Source: an uncultured Bacilli bacterium (lineage in GTDB: Bacteria > Bacillota_I > Bacilli_A > RF39 > UBA660). From it: DNA of 64,000 bases. The position numbers were made by a program, and so were the translations under genes. Positions 31,886 through 41,564 of this stretch are shown in pieces. Below the pieces are notes generated by a model. That model saw only the letters and a list, made by a program, of their open reading frames with translations, made no database searches and was not told where the DNA came from. Positions within the stretch are counted from its first letter, which is position 1. Every line of letters begins with the position of its first letter. Where the stretch lies: NCBI GenBank assembly GCA_947627975.1, contig CANQYB010000002.1, positions 4,740 through 68,739 of the forward strand, given 5' to 3'.

Positions 31886-31913
31886 TTTTTAGCCTCTTTT
31901 TCGTCGTATAATT

Positions 31914-31946
31914 AAAATAATAGGTATATTTGTATCCCTATATACC
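31914..31946 (-). terminator. Hairpin plus T-tract downstream of the comK-like gene
   Basis: ATAGGTATAT-N10-ATATACCTAT inverted repeat followed on the minus strand by TATTTTA. Confidence 0.35.
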
Positions 31947-31988
31947 TATTAAAATTATATCATAAAAAAGCCTTATTTTAAAGTTTTT

Positions 31989-32435
31989 TTAATTTTTTTT
32001 TCTATTTCTTAAAACAGATTCTAATCTTGTTGCTCTAAGAATTTGATTATCAATAATTCCATATGATAAATTTAATTTTAAAAAATTATTATTTGTAAAT
32101 TCAATTTTTATAAAATTATCACATTTATAGTATTTTTCAATATATTTAAGCCTAATCCAAGTACATTCTTCTGCTTTTCTACTCGAAGCTGTTGGAAAAA
32201 AAATCATTTCTTTTGATTCTTCAACAATAATTGGTGATTTATGAGATACTCCAATTAAATTTTTTGTTCCTTTTTTTCTTCCCAATAATGTACTTCCAAA
32301 ATATTCACAACTATTTTCCATAATACTATTTACTGATTTTGAAATAATAAATTCATCATTTAATTCAATTATTTTTGAAGTATTTTTAGTTAATGGACAA
32401 ATTGCAATAGTTTCGTTATTTATTTCATAATTCAT
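31989..32435 (-). CDS. comK: ComK-family competence transcription factor homolog
   Basis: Aligns to B. subtilis ComK: INNETIAICPL with VNGATIAVLPE; CEYFGSTLLGRKKGTKNLIGVSHKSPIIVEES with CRFFGSSYAGRKAGTYEVTKISHKPPIMVDPS; IFFPTASS with IFLFPTLSS. The true start is MNYEI; the ORF's apparent MKGGKI N-terminus is the AGGAGG RBS read as codons. Confidence 0.6.
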   Translation of the reverse strand: MNYEINNETIAICPLTKNTSKIIELNDEFIISKSVNSIMENSCEYFGSTLLGRKKGTKNLIGVSHKSPIIVEESKEMIFFPTASSRKAEECTWIRLKYIEKYYKCDNFIKIEFTNNNFLKLNLSYGIIDNQILRATRLESVLRNRKKN

Positions 32436-32521
32436 TATTTTTCCTCCTTTCAAAAAATTTTAAAGCCTATTAAAACATATATAATTTAAAAAGATTGTCG
32501 AAAAAAAAAGCATACTTAAAT

Positions 32522-33640
32522 TTAGTATGTTTTTATTGGTAATAATAGTTGAATGAGAGTTTCATCTTTCACTGATTTTATAACTATAGGCTTAGAATCT
32601 CCATTCATTAAAATTAAAATATCGTTATCTTTTATTGTTTTTAAAGCTTCTAACATATATTTTGAACTAAATGATATGTCTAAATTATCTGAAACTTTAC
32701 TATCAACAACTAACTGTTCTTCAACTTTTCCAACTTCTACAGCAAAAGAACTTACTATTAAAATATTATTATTTAATTTCATTGATACAATATTTCTATC
32801 TTTACTTTGAGTAAGTAATGCAGCACGATCTATAGCTCCAGTAAAATCATTATTTTTAGTATTTATAATAAATTTAAATTCAGTTGGTATTAAAGTTGAA
32901 GTATCAGGATATGTTCCAGATAGTAAATTTGTTTGAAATAATAAATTTTTATATTTAAATAAAATTTTGTTATTAAATATATGTAATTCTATATCTTCTT
33001 TATTATCTAACATTTTTTCAAATTCTATTAAATTTTTGCCTGGTACTACTATATTAACACTTTCTTGAAAATTATTATCTAATTCGACAGTCTTTTTTGC
33101 TAATCTATATGAATCTGTTGCTATACATTCTAAAATATTACCATTAATTTTAATATTTATTCCAGTAAGTAAAGGTCTTGATTCTTGTGTACTAACAGCA
33201 AAAGAAGTCTGATTTATGATATTTTTAAATAATTCACTGTTTATAAAAATTGGATTTTTACTTTCGTCTATTTTTAAATTTGGATATTCACTTGGATCCA
33301 TACAATTTAAATTAAATTCATTATTTTCAGTATATATTTTTATTTTTATATTATCAATAACTTCAACATTTATTATATCACTTGGCATTTTTCTAATAAT
33401 ATCTAAAATGTATTTACTTTGAATTATAATTATGCCATTTTTTTCAATTTGGTTAATTTTTTTATTTTCAATAAATGCTTTTATTGTAAGTTCTGTATCA
33501 CTTGCTGTTAAATATAACCCCTTATCATTCAATTCCATTTTTATTCCATTTAAAATAGGAATAATGTTTTTGTTAGAAATAGCTTTACTAACATATGTTA
33601 AATTTTCTAAAAAAATTCCTTTTTCAATTGTAAATTTCAT
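32522..33640 (-). CDS. dnaN: DNA polymerase III beta sliding clamp
   Basis: 372 aa with three beta-clamp domains, immediately downstream of dnaA. Confidence 0.95.
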   Translation of the reverse strand: MKFTIEKGIFLENLTYVSKAISNKNIIPILNGIKMELNDKGLYLTASDTELTIKAFIENKKINQIEKNGIIIIQSKYILDIIRKMPSDIINVEVIDNIKIKIYTENNEFNLNCMDPSEYPNLKIDESKNPIFINSELFKNIINQTSFAVSTQESRPLLTGINIKINGNILECIATDSYRLAKKTVELDNNFQESVNIVVPGKNLIEFEKMLDNKEDIELHIFNNKILFKYKNLLFQTNLLSGTYPDTSTLIPTEFKFIINTKNNDFTGAIDRAALLTQSKDRNIVSMKLNNNILIVSSFAVEVGKVEEQLVVDSKVSDNLDISFSSKYMLEALKTIKDNDILILMNGDSKPIVIKSVKDETLIQLLLPIKTY

Positions 33641-33755
33641 AATAATTCCTTCTTTCTTTTAATAATAATAACGGTGTTAAAATATGTTGAAAACTATAGA
33701 TGTTCTTTAAATATAAAGAAAATAATGTTTAATTATTAACATTTTTTTAGCAAGT

Positions 33756-35111
33756 TTATAACATATCTTTAATATTTGAAATAATTTCATTTAATTTTTT
33801 ATTACTTTTAATGTCATTTGAAATTTTATCAACAGCATGAATTACTGTAGCATGATCTCTACCTCCAAATTCTAAACCAATTTTTATTAATGATTCCTCA
33901 GTTAACATTCGACACATATACATAGCAATTTGCCTTGGATAATTAATATTACTTGTTCTTTTTTTGCTTTTTAAATCATTAATAGTAATATTATAATAAT
34001 CAGCAACACTTTTTTGAATTTTACTTATATTATTTGTAATATAAATATTTTTATTAGTATAATCTTTTAAAGCTTCCATTGCTATTTCTAAAGTAATATG
34101 TTGAAAACCCATTATCGCTGTATAAGCATATAACCTTGTAATTGCCCCTTCCAAATGCCTTACATCATTTTCACAAGAATTAGCAATAAATTCAATAACA
34201 TCATCATCTATTTTTTTAGCAACATCATGTCCATTTATTTTATTTTTTAAAATTTGTTTTTTCAAAATAATATCAGGAGGCAAGATATCAACAGGAAGTC
34301 CCCAAGCAAAACGTGTTCTTAATCTATCTTCAAGTAATTTTAAATCATCTGGGGATCGATCTGAAGATATTATTATTTGTTTATTTGCCGAATATAGATA
34401 ATTAAAAGTATTAAAAAATTCTTGTTGAGTTTTTTCAGCTCCAGCTAAAAATTGTATATCATCAATAATTAAAACATCTACATTACGATATTTATCCTTA
34501 AAATATTCCACATAATTTTGATTATTTCCAGTTACATTTCTAATTCCAGTAAAATCAGTAGTAAATTCATCACTTGTAACATATAAAACATTTAAATTAG
34601 AATTTTCTTTAATATAATTGCCAATTGCATGCATCAAATGAGTTTTTCCAACACCACTTTTTCCATAAATAAAAAGAGGATTATACAGTTCTCCAGGATT
34701 TTGAGCAACAGAAAGGCCTGCAGTTTGAGCAAATTTATTAGATTCACCCACTATAAAATTTTGAAAAGTATATTTATTATTTAAATTAGTATTAACTATA
34801 TTTTTTTTGTTTGTATTATCATTAATAATTGATTCAATTGGTTCATTTTTCATTTCATCTTCTAATACAAAATCTATATCATAATTTTCTCCCGTTAAAG
34901 ATTGAAATGTTTCTTCAATTAAATCATAGTAATTTTTCATAAGTAAGTTTTTTTGTAAAATCATTGGTACTTGGATGATGGCTTTACCATTTTCAATTTC
35001 TAAAAGAGATGCATCTTTAAACCATGTGTTAAAAGAAATTGGATTAACTTTATTATTAATTATTGCTAAAAAATTTTGCCATAAAGTTTGAATATTCAAA
35101 ATCATCACCAC
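33756..35111 (-). CDS. dnaA: Chromosomal replication initiator protein DnaA
   Basis: AAA+ Walker A GKSGVGKTHL, LIIDDIQF Walker B, and the C-terminal DNA-binding domain with HATV. Confidence 0.95.
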   Translation of the reverse strand: MVMILNIQTLWQNFLAIINNKVNPISFNTWFKDASLLEIENGKAIIQVPMILQKNLLMKNYYDLIEETFQSLTGENYDIDFVLEDEMKNEPIESIINDNTNKKNIVNTNLNNKYTFQNFIVGESNKFAQTAGLSVAQNPGELYNPLFIYGKSGVGKTHLMHAIGNYIKENSNLNVLYVTSDEFTTDFTGIRNVTGNNQNYVEYFKDKYRNVDVLIIDDIQFLAGAEKTQQEFFNTFNYLYSANKQIIISSDRSPDDLKLLEDRLRTRFAWGLPVDILPPDIILKKQILKNKINGHDVAKKIDDDVIEFIANSCENDVRHLEGAITRLYAYTAIMGFQHITLEIAMEALKDYTNKNIYITNNISKIQKSVADYYNITINDLKSKKRTSNINYPRQIAMYMCRMLTEESLIKIGLEFGGRDHATVIHAVDKISNDIKSNKKLNEIISNIKDML

Positions 35112-35404
35112 CCTAAGTCTATAACTTAATTTTAAACTAAAAAATTTTAAAATTAAAGAAAAAACTTATATGTTTATATTTATTCACAGAAATTGTGAAT
35201 AAAAAAATTTTATTTATCATTTATAATAACTTAAAAATTAAAAGTTATCAACATTTTCCACAAAATAAATTATTTTTTTAACAGTTAATAAATAACTTAT
35301 CCACAAAAATTGTTAATAAATTAAAATTTTATTAAATTTATTGACTTTATAAATTGTTCATAATATAATAATAGGGCTTAATTGAAAAAAGGTGGTGAAT
35401 GTCT
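35112..35404. promoter_or_regulatory. oriC segment with a DnaA-box cluster in the dnaA-rpmH spacer
   Basis: Boxes TTATTCACA (35180-35188), inverted TGTGAATAA (35194-35202), TTTTCCACA (35254-35262) and an exact consensus TTATCCACA (35297-35305). The flanks are AT-rich, and gene orientation switches here. Confidence 0.65.
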
Positions 35405-35533
35405 ATGGCAACAAAAAGAACTTATCAACCAAATAAAAGAAGAAGAAGTAAAAAACATGGATTTTTTGCTAGAAAAAAAAGTAATATTTTAAAATCAAGA
35501 AGAAAAAAAGGTAGAAAAGTATTATCTAAATAA
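35405..35533 (+). CDS. rpmH: 50S ribosomal protein L34
   Basis: MATKRTYQPNKRRRSKKHGFFARKK...GRKVLSK. Not in the ORF track because it is under 60 aa; a GGTGGTGA RBS lies upstream. Confidence 0.85.
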   Translation: MATKRTYQPNKRRRSKKHGFFARKKSNILKSRRKKGRKVLSK

Positions 35534-35578
35534 ACCACAATTTTTTTGTGGTTTTTTTTCTAAATGGAGTTGGTGTTA

Positions 35579-35917
35579 ATGAAAAAAAAATTTATTGTTA
35601 AAAAAAAAGAAGAATTTAATGATATTATTAGAAATTCTAAATATATAAAAAATGATTATTTTGTTATATATATAAAAAAAAATAATTATAATTATAATAG
35701 ATTTGGAATTGCTATATCAACTAAAATAGGAAAAGCAGTATTTAGAAATAAAATTAAAAGAAGGATACGAAATATAATAAAAGAAAATAATTTATTATTT
35801 AAAAAATCATATGATTATATTATAATGATAAAAAGAGGTAAATTTAATTATAATTATGATATTTTAAATAATGAATTAAAAAAATTACTAAATGAGGAGA
35901 AAATATATGAAAAATAA
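35579..35917 (+). CDS. rnpA: Ribonuclease P protein component
   Basis: A basic ~113-aa protein immediately after rpmH. The start is taken at MKKKF after a GGAG RBS. Confidence 0.8.
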   Translation: MKKKFIVKKKEEFNDIIRNSKYIKNDYFVIYIKKNNYNYNRFGIAISTKIGKAVFRNKIKRRIRNIIKENNLLFKKSYDYIIMIKRGKFNYNYDILNNELKKLLNEEKIYEK

Positions 35918-36914
35918 TAAAAAGATATTAATTTTAATAATAATTTTTGTTTTATTAATATCAACTGGATGTACAAAAACATTAATAAGTAAAGATAATA
36001 AAGCAGTCAAAAATCCTGAAACTAATCAAAGTTTAACTGCAAATATTTTATGTAAGCCTACTGATAAGACCTTGTATAAAATATATGAGAAAAATGAAAA
36101 ATCCATGACTGTCAAATTAAAAGATTTACCTACTTGTAAAAATTTTACTCCAGGAAAAGTAAAATATGAAAGTATTTGGAATTCAATTTTTATAAAACCA
36201 TTAGCTTGGTTAATTATAAAATTAGGAAATGTTGTTAGTAGTTATGGTTTAGCTGTAATGATCTTAGGCTTTTTAATAAGATTAATAATGGTTCCATTTA
36301 CAAAAAAAACATTAATGCAATCTGAAAATATGCAAAAAGCTCAACCTGAGTTAAAAAGAATTGAAAATAAATATGCTGGTAAAAATGATAATGAATCAAT
36401 GATGGCAAAAAGTCAAGAAATGATGATGGTATATAAAAAGTATGGAATAAGTCCTTTATCAGGATGTTTAATGTCATTTATTCAACTTCCATTATTTTTT
36501 GCTTTTTTAGAAGCTATAAATAGAATTCCTGCTGTATTTGAGGAAACATTCTTAGGATTACAGTTAGGAACAACTCCATTAAAAGGAATTAGTAATGGAA
36601 ATTATATTTATATAATACTAATTGTTTTAATAATTTTAACAACTTATTTATCATTTAAATTTTCTATGAATACTACTAATAATAAAGATACTCAATCCCA
36701 AATGCAATTTATGACGAGATTTATGTTAATATTTATTTCAATTGCCTCATTGTCATTACCTGCAGCAATTGGTTTATATTGGATAGTAACTAATGGATTT
36801 TCAGTAATTCAAAGTTATATAATAAAAAAAGAAAAAAAAGATAGTAAAAACCAAAATAATAAAAATAAAAAAAATAAAGTAAAAACTGGGAAAGTTAAAA
36901 ATATAAATAAGTAA
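35907..36914 (+). CDS. yidC: Membrane protein insertase YidC (lipoprotein type, SpoIIIJ/YqjG-like)
   Basis: Lipobox LLISTGC, five TM segments and a basic C-terminal tail, following rnpA. Confidence 0.85.
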   Translation: MKNNKKILILIIIFVLLISTGCTKTLISKDNKAVKNPETNQSLTANILCKPTDKTLYKIYEKNEKSMTVKLKDLPTCKNFTPGKVKYESIWNSIFIKPLAWLIIKLGNVVSSYGLAVMILGFLIRLIMVPFTKKTLMQSENMQKAQPELKRIENKYAGKNDNESMMAKSQEMMMVYKKYGISPLSGCLMSFIQLPLFFAFLEAINRIPAVFEETFLGLQLGTTPLKGISNGNYIYIILIVLIILTTYLSFKFSMNTTNNKDTQSQMQFMTRFMLIFISIASLSLPAAIGLYWIVTNGFSVIQSYIIKKEKKDSKNQNNKNKKNKVKTGKVKNINK

Positions 36915-36928
36915 AGGAATGGTTTTAT

Positions 36929-37543
36929 ATGAAAGTATTAGAATTTGATGGAAAAGATGAACAAGTAGCATTAGAAAAAGCTTTAAAAGAGTTAAATGTT
37001 TCTGAAAAAAATGTTATATATAAAACAGAAAAAGTAAAGGGAAAAATTTTCAAATCATCAGTTATAATAAAAATTATAACTTTAAAAGAAATACAAGAAT
37101 TTGTTAAAGAATATTTATCAAATTTAGTTAAAAGTATGGGAATTGATGAAATTAATTTTGAATCTTCTATCAATAATAATACCATTAATATAAAAATGTA
37201 TTCATCTAATAATTCAATTTTAATTGGAAGAGAAGGAAAAACTTTAAAAGCATTAGAAATTATTATAAAACAAGTAATTTTAAATAATATAAACATGAGT
37301 CCAAAAATAATTTTAGATGTTGAAAATTATAAAGATAAGCAAAATTATTTTTTAGAGAAAGTTGCAAAACAAGTAGCAAGAGAAGTAAAAAAAACTAAAG
37401 TCCCTGCTTCATTAGAAAACATGAATTCATATCAAAGAAGAATAATACACAATTGCTTAAATAATTTTAAAGGTATTAAAACTGAAAGTGAAGGAGAAGA
37501 ACCACATAGACATGTAGTTATTAAACCAAAAGAAGAAAATTAA
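36929..37543 (+). CDS. khpB: RNA-binding protein Jag/KhpB (KH plus R3H domains)
   Basis: About 204 aa; a KH-like central region and a C-terminal R3H-like SYQRRIIHN. Confidence 0.75.
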   Translation: MKVLEFDGKDEQVALEKALKELNVSEKNVIYKTEKVKGKIFKSSVIIKIITLKEIQEFVKEYLSNLVKSMGIDEINFESSINNNTINIKMYSSNNSILIGREGKTLKALEIIIKQVILNNINMSPKIILDVENYKDKQNYFLEKVAKQVAREVKKTKVPASLENMNSYQRRIIHNCLNNFKGIKTESEGEEPHRHVVIKPKEEN

Positions 37544-37602
37544 TCTTCTTTTTTTTTTATTTCTGTTTTATAATAACAATTGTTAAAGAAGGAGGTAATA
37601 TA

Positions 37603-38955
37603 ATGGAAGATACTATTTGTGCAATTTCTACAGCTCAATCAATTGGTGGAATTGCAATTATTCGAGTTAGTGGTAAAGATTCTATAAAAATTGTTAATAA
37701 GATTTTTAAGGGAAAAAATTTAGAAAAAGTTTTAAGTCATACTATTAATTATGGATATATTGTTTCTAATGAAGAAAAAATAGATGAAGTATTAGTTACC
37801 GTTATGAAATCTCCTAAATCCTATACTATGGAAGATATAGTCGAAATAAATACACATGGGGGAATAACTACCACAAATAAAGTTTTAGAATTACTACTTT
37901 TAAATGGATGTAGATTAGCAGAGGCTGGAGAATTTAGTAAAAGAGCTTTTTTAAATGGAAGATTAGACTTAATTGAAGCTCAATCTATAAATGATTTAAT
38001 TGAAAGTCAAACGGAGAATCAAAGAAAAATGGCTATGAATAATTTAACTGGAAAATTATCTTCTAAAATTCAAAAATTAATGGATTATATAATAGAAATA
38101 AGTGCAAATATTGAAGTTAATATTGATTATCCTGAATATGAAGATGAATTAGTCATAACTTATGATATTTTAGAAAACAGATTAAATAAAATTAAATTTG
38201 ATATAGAAAATATTTTAAAAGAAAGTAAAACTGGAAAATTAATTAAAAATGGAATTAATATTGCTTTAATTGGTTCACCAAATACTGGTAAAAGTAGTTT
38301 ATTAAATAAATTAATAGAAGAAGAAAAAGCAATAGTTACAAACATTCCGGGAACTACAAGAGATATAATTGAATCATCATTTTTATTAAATGATTATAAA
38401 ATTAATTTAATAGATACAGCTGGAATTAGAAAAACTACTGATTTAATAGAAAAAATGGGTATTGATAAATCACTTAATCAAATTGAAAAAGCAGATTTAA
38501 TTTTATTAATATTAGATGGATCTAAAAAATTATCTAATGAAGATACTGAACTTTTAAAAAAAATAAAAAATTATAATTATATTATTTTTATTAATAAAAA
38601 TGATTTAAAATTAAAAATCGAACTGGAAAAATTAAATAAATTTGATTATGTAATTGGAAATACTATTAATAATAATTTAGATGAATTAAAAGAAAAAATT
38701 ATTTCTAAATTTTCGTTAAATTTACTAGATCAAAAAGAATTAGTTTTTATTACTAATACCACGCATCAAGTTTTATTGAAAGATACTTTAAAAATTATAG
38801 ATAATATTTTTTTAAATATTAAAAAAAATATTCCAATTGATATGTTAACAATTGATTTAAGAAAATGCTATGAGAACCTTGGTAAAATAATTGGAAAAAC
38901 ATATGAAGAAGATTTAATAGAAGAAATGTTTAAAAAATTTTGTTTAGGAAAGTAG
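37603..38955 (+). CDS. mnmE: tRNA modification GTPase MnmE
   Basis: G-domain GSPNTGKSSLLN, DTAG, and the C-terminal CLGK tetrapeptide. Confidence 0.9.
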   Translation: MEDTICAISTAQSIGGIAIIRVSGKDSIKIVNKIFKGKNLEKVLSHTINYGYIVSNEEKIDEVLVTVMKSPKSYTMEDIVEINTHGGITTTNKVLELLLLNGCRLAEAGEFSKRAFLNGRLDLIEAQSINDLIESQTENQRKMAMNNLTGKLSSKIQKLMDYIIEISANIEVNIDYPEYEDELVITYDILENRLNKIKFDIENILKESKTGKLIKNGINIALIGSPNTGKSSLLNKLIEEEKAIVTNIPGTTRDIIESSFLLNDYKINLIDTAGIRKTTDLIEKMGIDKSLNQIEKADLILLILDGSKKLSNEDTELLKKIKNYNYIIFINKNDLKLKIELEKLNKFDYVIGNTINNNLDELKEKIISKFSLNLLDQKELVFITNTTHQVLLKDTLKIIDNIFLNIKKNIPIDMLTIDLRKCYENLGKIIGKTYEEDLIEEMFKKFCLGK

Positions 38956-40814
38956 GTGATTTTTTGTTAGAAAATGTAGATGTAATAGTTGTGGGAGCAG
39001 GACATGCAGGATGTGAAGCAAGTTATGCAACATCAAAATTAGGATTTAAAACTCTTTTAATAACTTTAAATAAAAATAATATAGCTGATATGCCTTGTAA
39101 TCCATCAATTGGAGGAACAGCAAAAGGAATAGTTGTAAGAGAAATTGATGCTTTAGGTGGAATAATGGGGAAAATAGCTGATTTTTCATTATTTCAAATA
39201 AAAATGTTAAACAATGCCAAAGGGCCTGCAGTAAGATCATTGCGAGCACAAGAAGATAAAATTTTATATCCAAAAAACATGTTAAAAAAATTATCTGAAA
39301 ATAAAAATTTATATATTTTGGAAAATTCTGTAAAAAATATTGTAGTTGAAAATAATAAAGTAGTAGGAGTTATTTTAGAAAATAATGAAATTGTAAAATC
39401 AAAAATTGTAATATTAACAACTGGTACTTATCTAAATTCAGAAGTTTTAATAGGAGAAAATAAAAAAAGTGAAGGTCCTCATGGAGAAAAAAATGAAAAA
39501 TTTTTGAGTAAAAATTTAGCAAAATTAGGCTTTAAAATCCAAAGATTAAAAACTGGTACTCCCCCAAGAATTAAAAATGACTCTATAAATTTTGATATAT
39601 TAAAAAAAGAATGTGGGGATGATTTATATTATACTTTTAGTTTTGATGATAAACCTTACTATAAAAAAGAAAATCAAAGATGTTGCTATCTTCTTTATAC
39701 TAATGAAAAAACTCATCAAATAATTTTAGATAATTTAAATAAGTCTAGTATGTATGGTGGATATGTTACTGGTGTAGGCCCAAGATATTGTCCATCAATT
39801 GAGGATAAACTAGTAAGATTTAAAGATAAAAATAGACATCAACTTTTTTTAGAACCAGAAAGTGATTTTTATGATGAGTGGTATTTACAAGGATTTTCAA
39901 CTAGTATGCCTACTCATATTCAAGAACAAATGGTTCATAGTTTAAAAGGCTTAGAAAATGCTCAAATTACTAAATATGCCTATGCTATTGAATATGATGC
40001 AATTGATCCATTGCAATTAAAAAATACTTTAGAAACAAAAATTGTGGAGAATTTATTTACTGCAGGTCAAATAAATGGAACAAGTGGATATGAAGAAGCT
40101 GCATCGCAAGGATTAATTGCGGGAATTAATGCTTCTTTAAAATTAAAAAACAAAAAACCTTTAATATTAAAAAGAAATGAAGCTTATATTGGGGTTTTAA
40201 TTGATGATTTAGTTACAAAAGGAACTAATGAACCTTATAGACTGTTAACATCTCGAGCAGAGTTTAGATTACTTCTACGTCATGACAATGCCGATATAAG
40301 ACTTAGAAAATATGGATATGAAGTTGGTTTAATAAATGAAAATCAATATAATTTATTACAAGAAAAACAAGAGATATTAAAAAATATTATTGAATATATG
40401 AATAATAGATATTTAAGTAAATCAGAACTTTTAGCTTTAAATATTGAAAATAATAATAGCTATAATTTATCTAAATTATTAAAAAGACCAGAAATAAAAA
40501 TTGATGATATAAAAAATTTAATACCTATAGAAATGTCAGATGATATTAAAAACCAAATTGAAGTTTCAATAAAATATGAGGGTTATATAAAAAAAGAGGA
40601 AAAAAATGTGGAAAAACTATTAAATTTAGAAAATAAAAAAATTCCTCAAAATATTGATTATAAAAAAATAACTAATTTAGCAACAGAAGCTAAAGAAAAA
40701 CTTGAAAAAATACGACCAACAACTGTTGCTCAAGCAAGTAGAATTAGTGGAGTAAATCCATCAGATATATCTATGCTATTAATTTATTTAAAAAAGGAAT
40801 ATAGTAATGAATAA
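38940..40814 (+). CDS. mnmG: tRNA uridine 5-carboxymethylaminomethyl modification enzyme MnmG
   Basis: FAD-binding DVIVVGAGHAGCEA. The real start may be the TTG at 38964 after an AGGTGA RBS, which removes the overlap with mnmE. Confidence 0.9.
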   Translation: MFRKVGDFLLENVDVIVVGAGHAGCEASYATSKLGFKTLLITLNKNNIADMPCNPSIGGTAKGIVVREIDALGGIMGKIADFSLFQIKMLNNAKGPAVRSLRAQEDKILYPKNMLKKLSENKNLYILENSVKNIVVENNKVVGVILENNEIVKSKIVILTTGTYLNSEVLIGENKKSEGPHGEKNEKFLSKNLAKLGFKIQRLKTGTPPRIKNDSINFDILKKECGDDLYYTFSFDDKPYYKKENQRCCYLLYTNEKTHQIILDNLNKSSMYGGYVTGVGPRYCPSIEDKLVRFKDKNRHQLFLEPESDFYDEWYLQGFSTSMPTHIQEQMVHSLKGLENAQITKYAYAIEYDAIDPLQLKNTLETKIVENLFTAGQINGTSGYEEAASQGLIAGINASLKLKNKKPLILKRNEAYIGVLIDDLVTKGTNEPYRLLTSRAEFRLLLRHDNADIRLRKYGYEVGLINENQYNLLQEKQEILKNIIEYMNNRYLSKSELLALNIENNNSYNLSKLLKRPEIKIDDIKNLIPIEMSDDIKNQIEVSIKYEGYIKKEEKNVEKLLNLENKKIPQNIDYKKITNLATEAKEKLEKIRPTTVAQASRISGVNPSDISMLLIYLKKEYSNE

Positions 40815-41526
40815 AGATGAGTTTGTAATAGAATTAAAAAAACTAAATATAAAAGTTAATGATGGCATGTTAGAAAAATTGGAAAAATATAAAAATTTAT
40901 TAATTGAAGAAAATAAACATTATAATTTAACATCTATAACTTTGGATAAGCAAATATATTTAAAACATTTTTATGACAGTTTAACAATAATAAAACAAAT
41001 AGATTTAAATAAAATAAAAACTGTATTAGATGTAGGAACAGGAGCTGGATTTCCAGGTATAATTTTAAAAATATTTTTTCCAAATCTAAAAGTTTTTTTA
41101 TTAGATGCAAATAATAAAAAAATTTATTTTTTAAATTTAGTTATAAAAAAGTTAGATTTAAATGATATATATTTATTTCATGAAAGGTGTGAAATTTTTG
41201 CTCATAGATATTTAAATTATTTTGACTTAGTAACTTCAAGAGCTGTTTCATCACTTGATAATTTATTAGAAATGTGTTTACCAATGGTTAAAATTAATGG
41301 TTATTTTATACCATTAAAAGGCGATATAGAAAAAGAATTAAGAGAAAATGAAAAAGTTTTACCTTTATTAGGTAGTAAATTAGAAAGTGTAATTAAATTT
41401 TTATTACCTATTGAAAAAAGTATTAGAACAATTCCAAAATTTAAAAGAATAAAAAAAATAAAAAATATTTATCCACGATCTTATGATAAAATCAAAAAAA
41501 ATCCATTGAAAAAAATAAAAATATAG
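40807..41526 (+). CDS. rsmG: 16S rRNA (guanine527-N7)-methyltransferase
   Basis: SAM-binding DVGTGAGFPGI; GidB family. Confidence 0.85.
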   Translation: MNKDEFVIELKKLNIKVNDGMLEKLEKYKNLLIEENKHYNLTSITLDKQIYLKHFYDSLTIIKQIDLNKIKTVLDVGTGAGFPGIILKIFFPNLKVFLLDANNKKIYFLNLVIKKLDLNDIYLFHERCEIFAHRYLNYFDLVTSRAVSSLDNLLEMCLPMVKINGYFIPLKGDIEKELRENEKVLPLLGSKLESVIKFLLPIEKSIRTIPKFKRIKKIKNIYPRSYDKIKKNPLKKIKI

Positions 41527-41564
41527 AGTAAAATAAAATAAGAATAGAAAAAGGGGCTGTAAGT

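Noticed and set aside
31989-32453. An N-terminal MKGGKIM extension on the ComK-like ORF
   Set aside because: The codons AAAGGAGGAAAAATA are an AGGAGG Shine-Dalgarno 7 nt before the ATG of MNYEI. The longer ORF start is an artefact of the upstream ATG.
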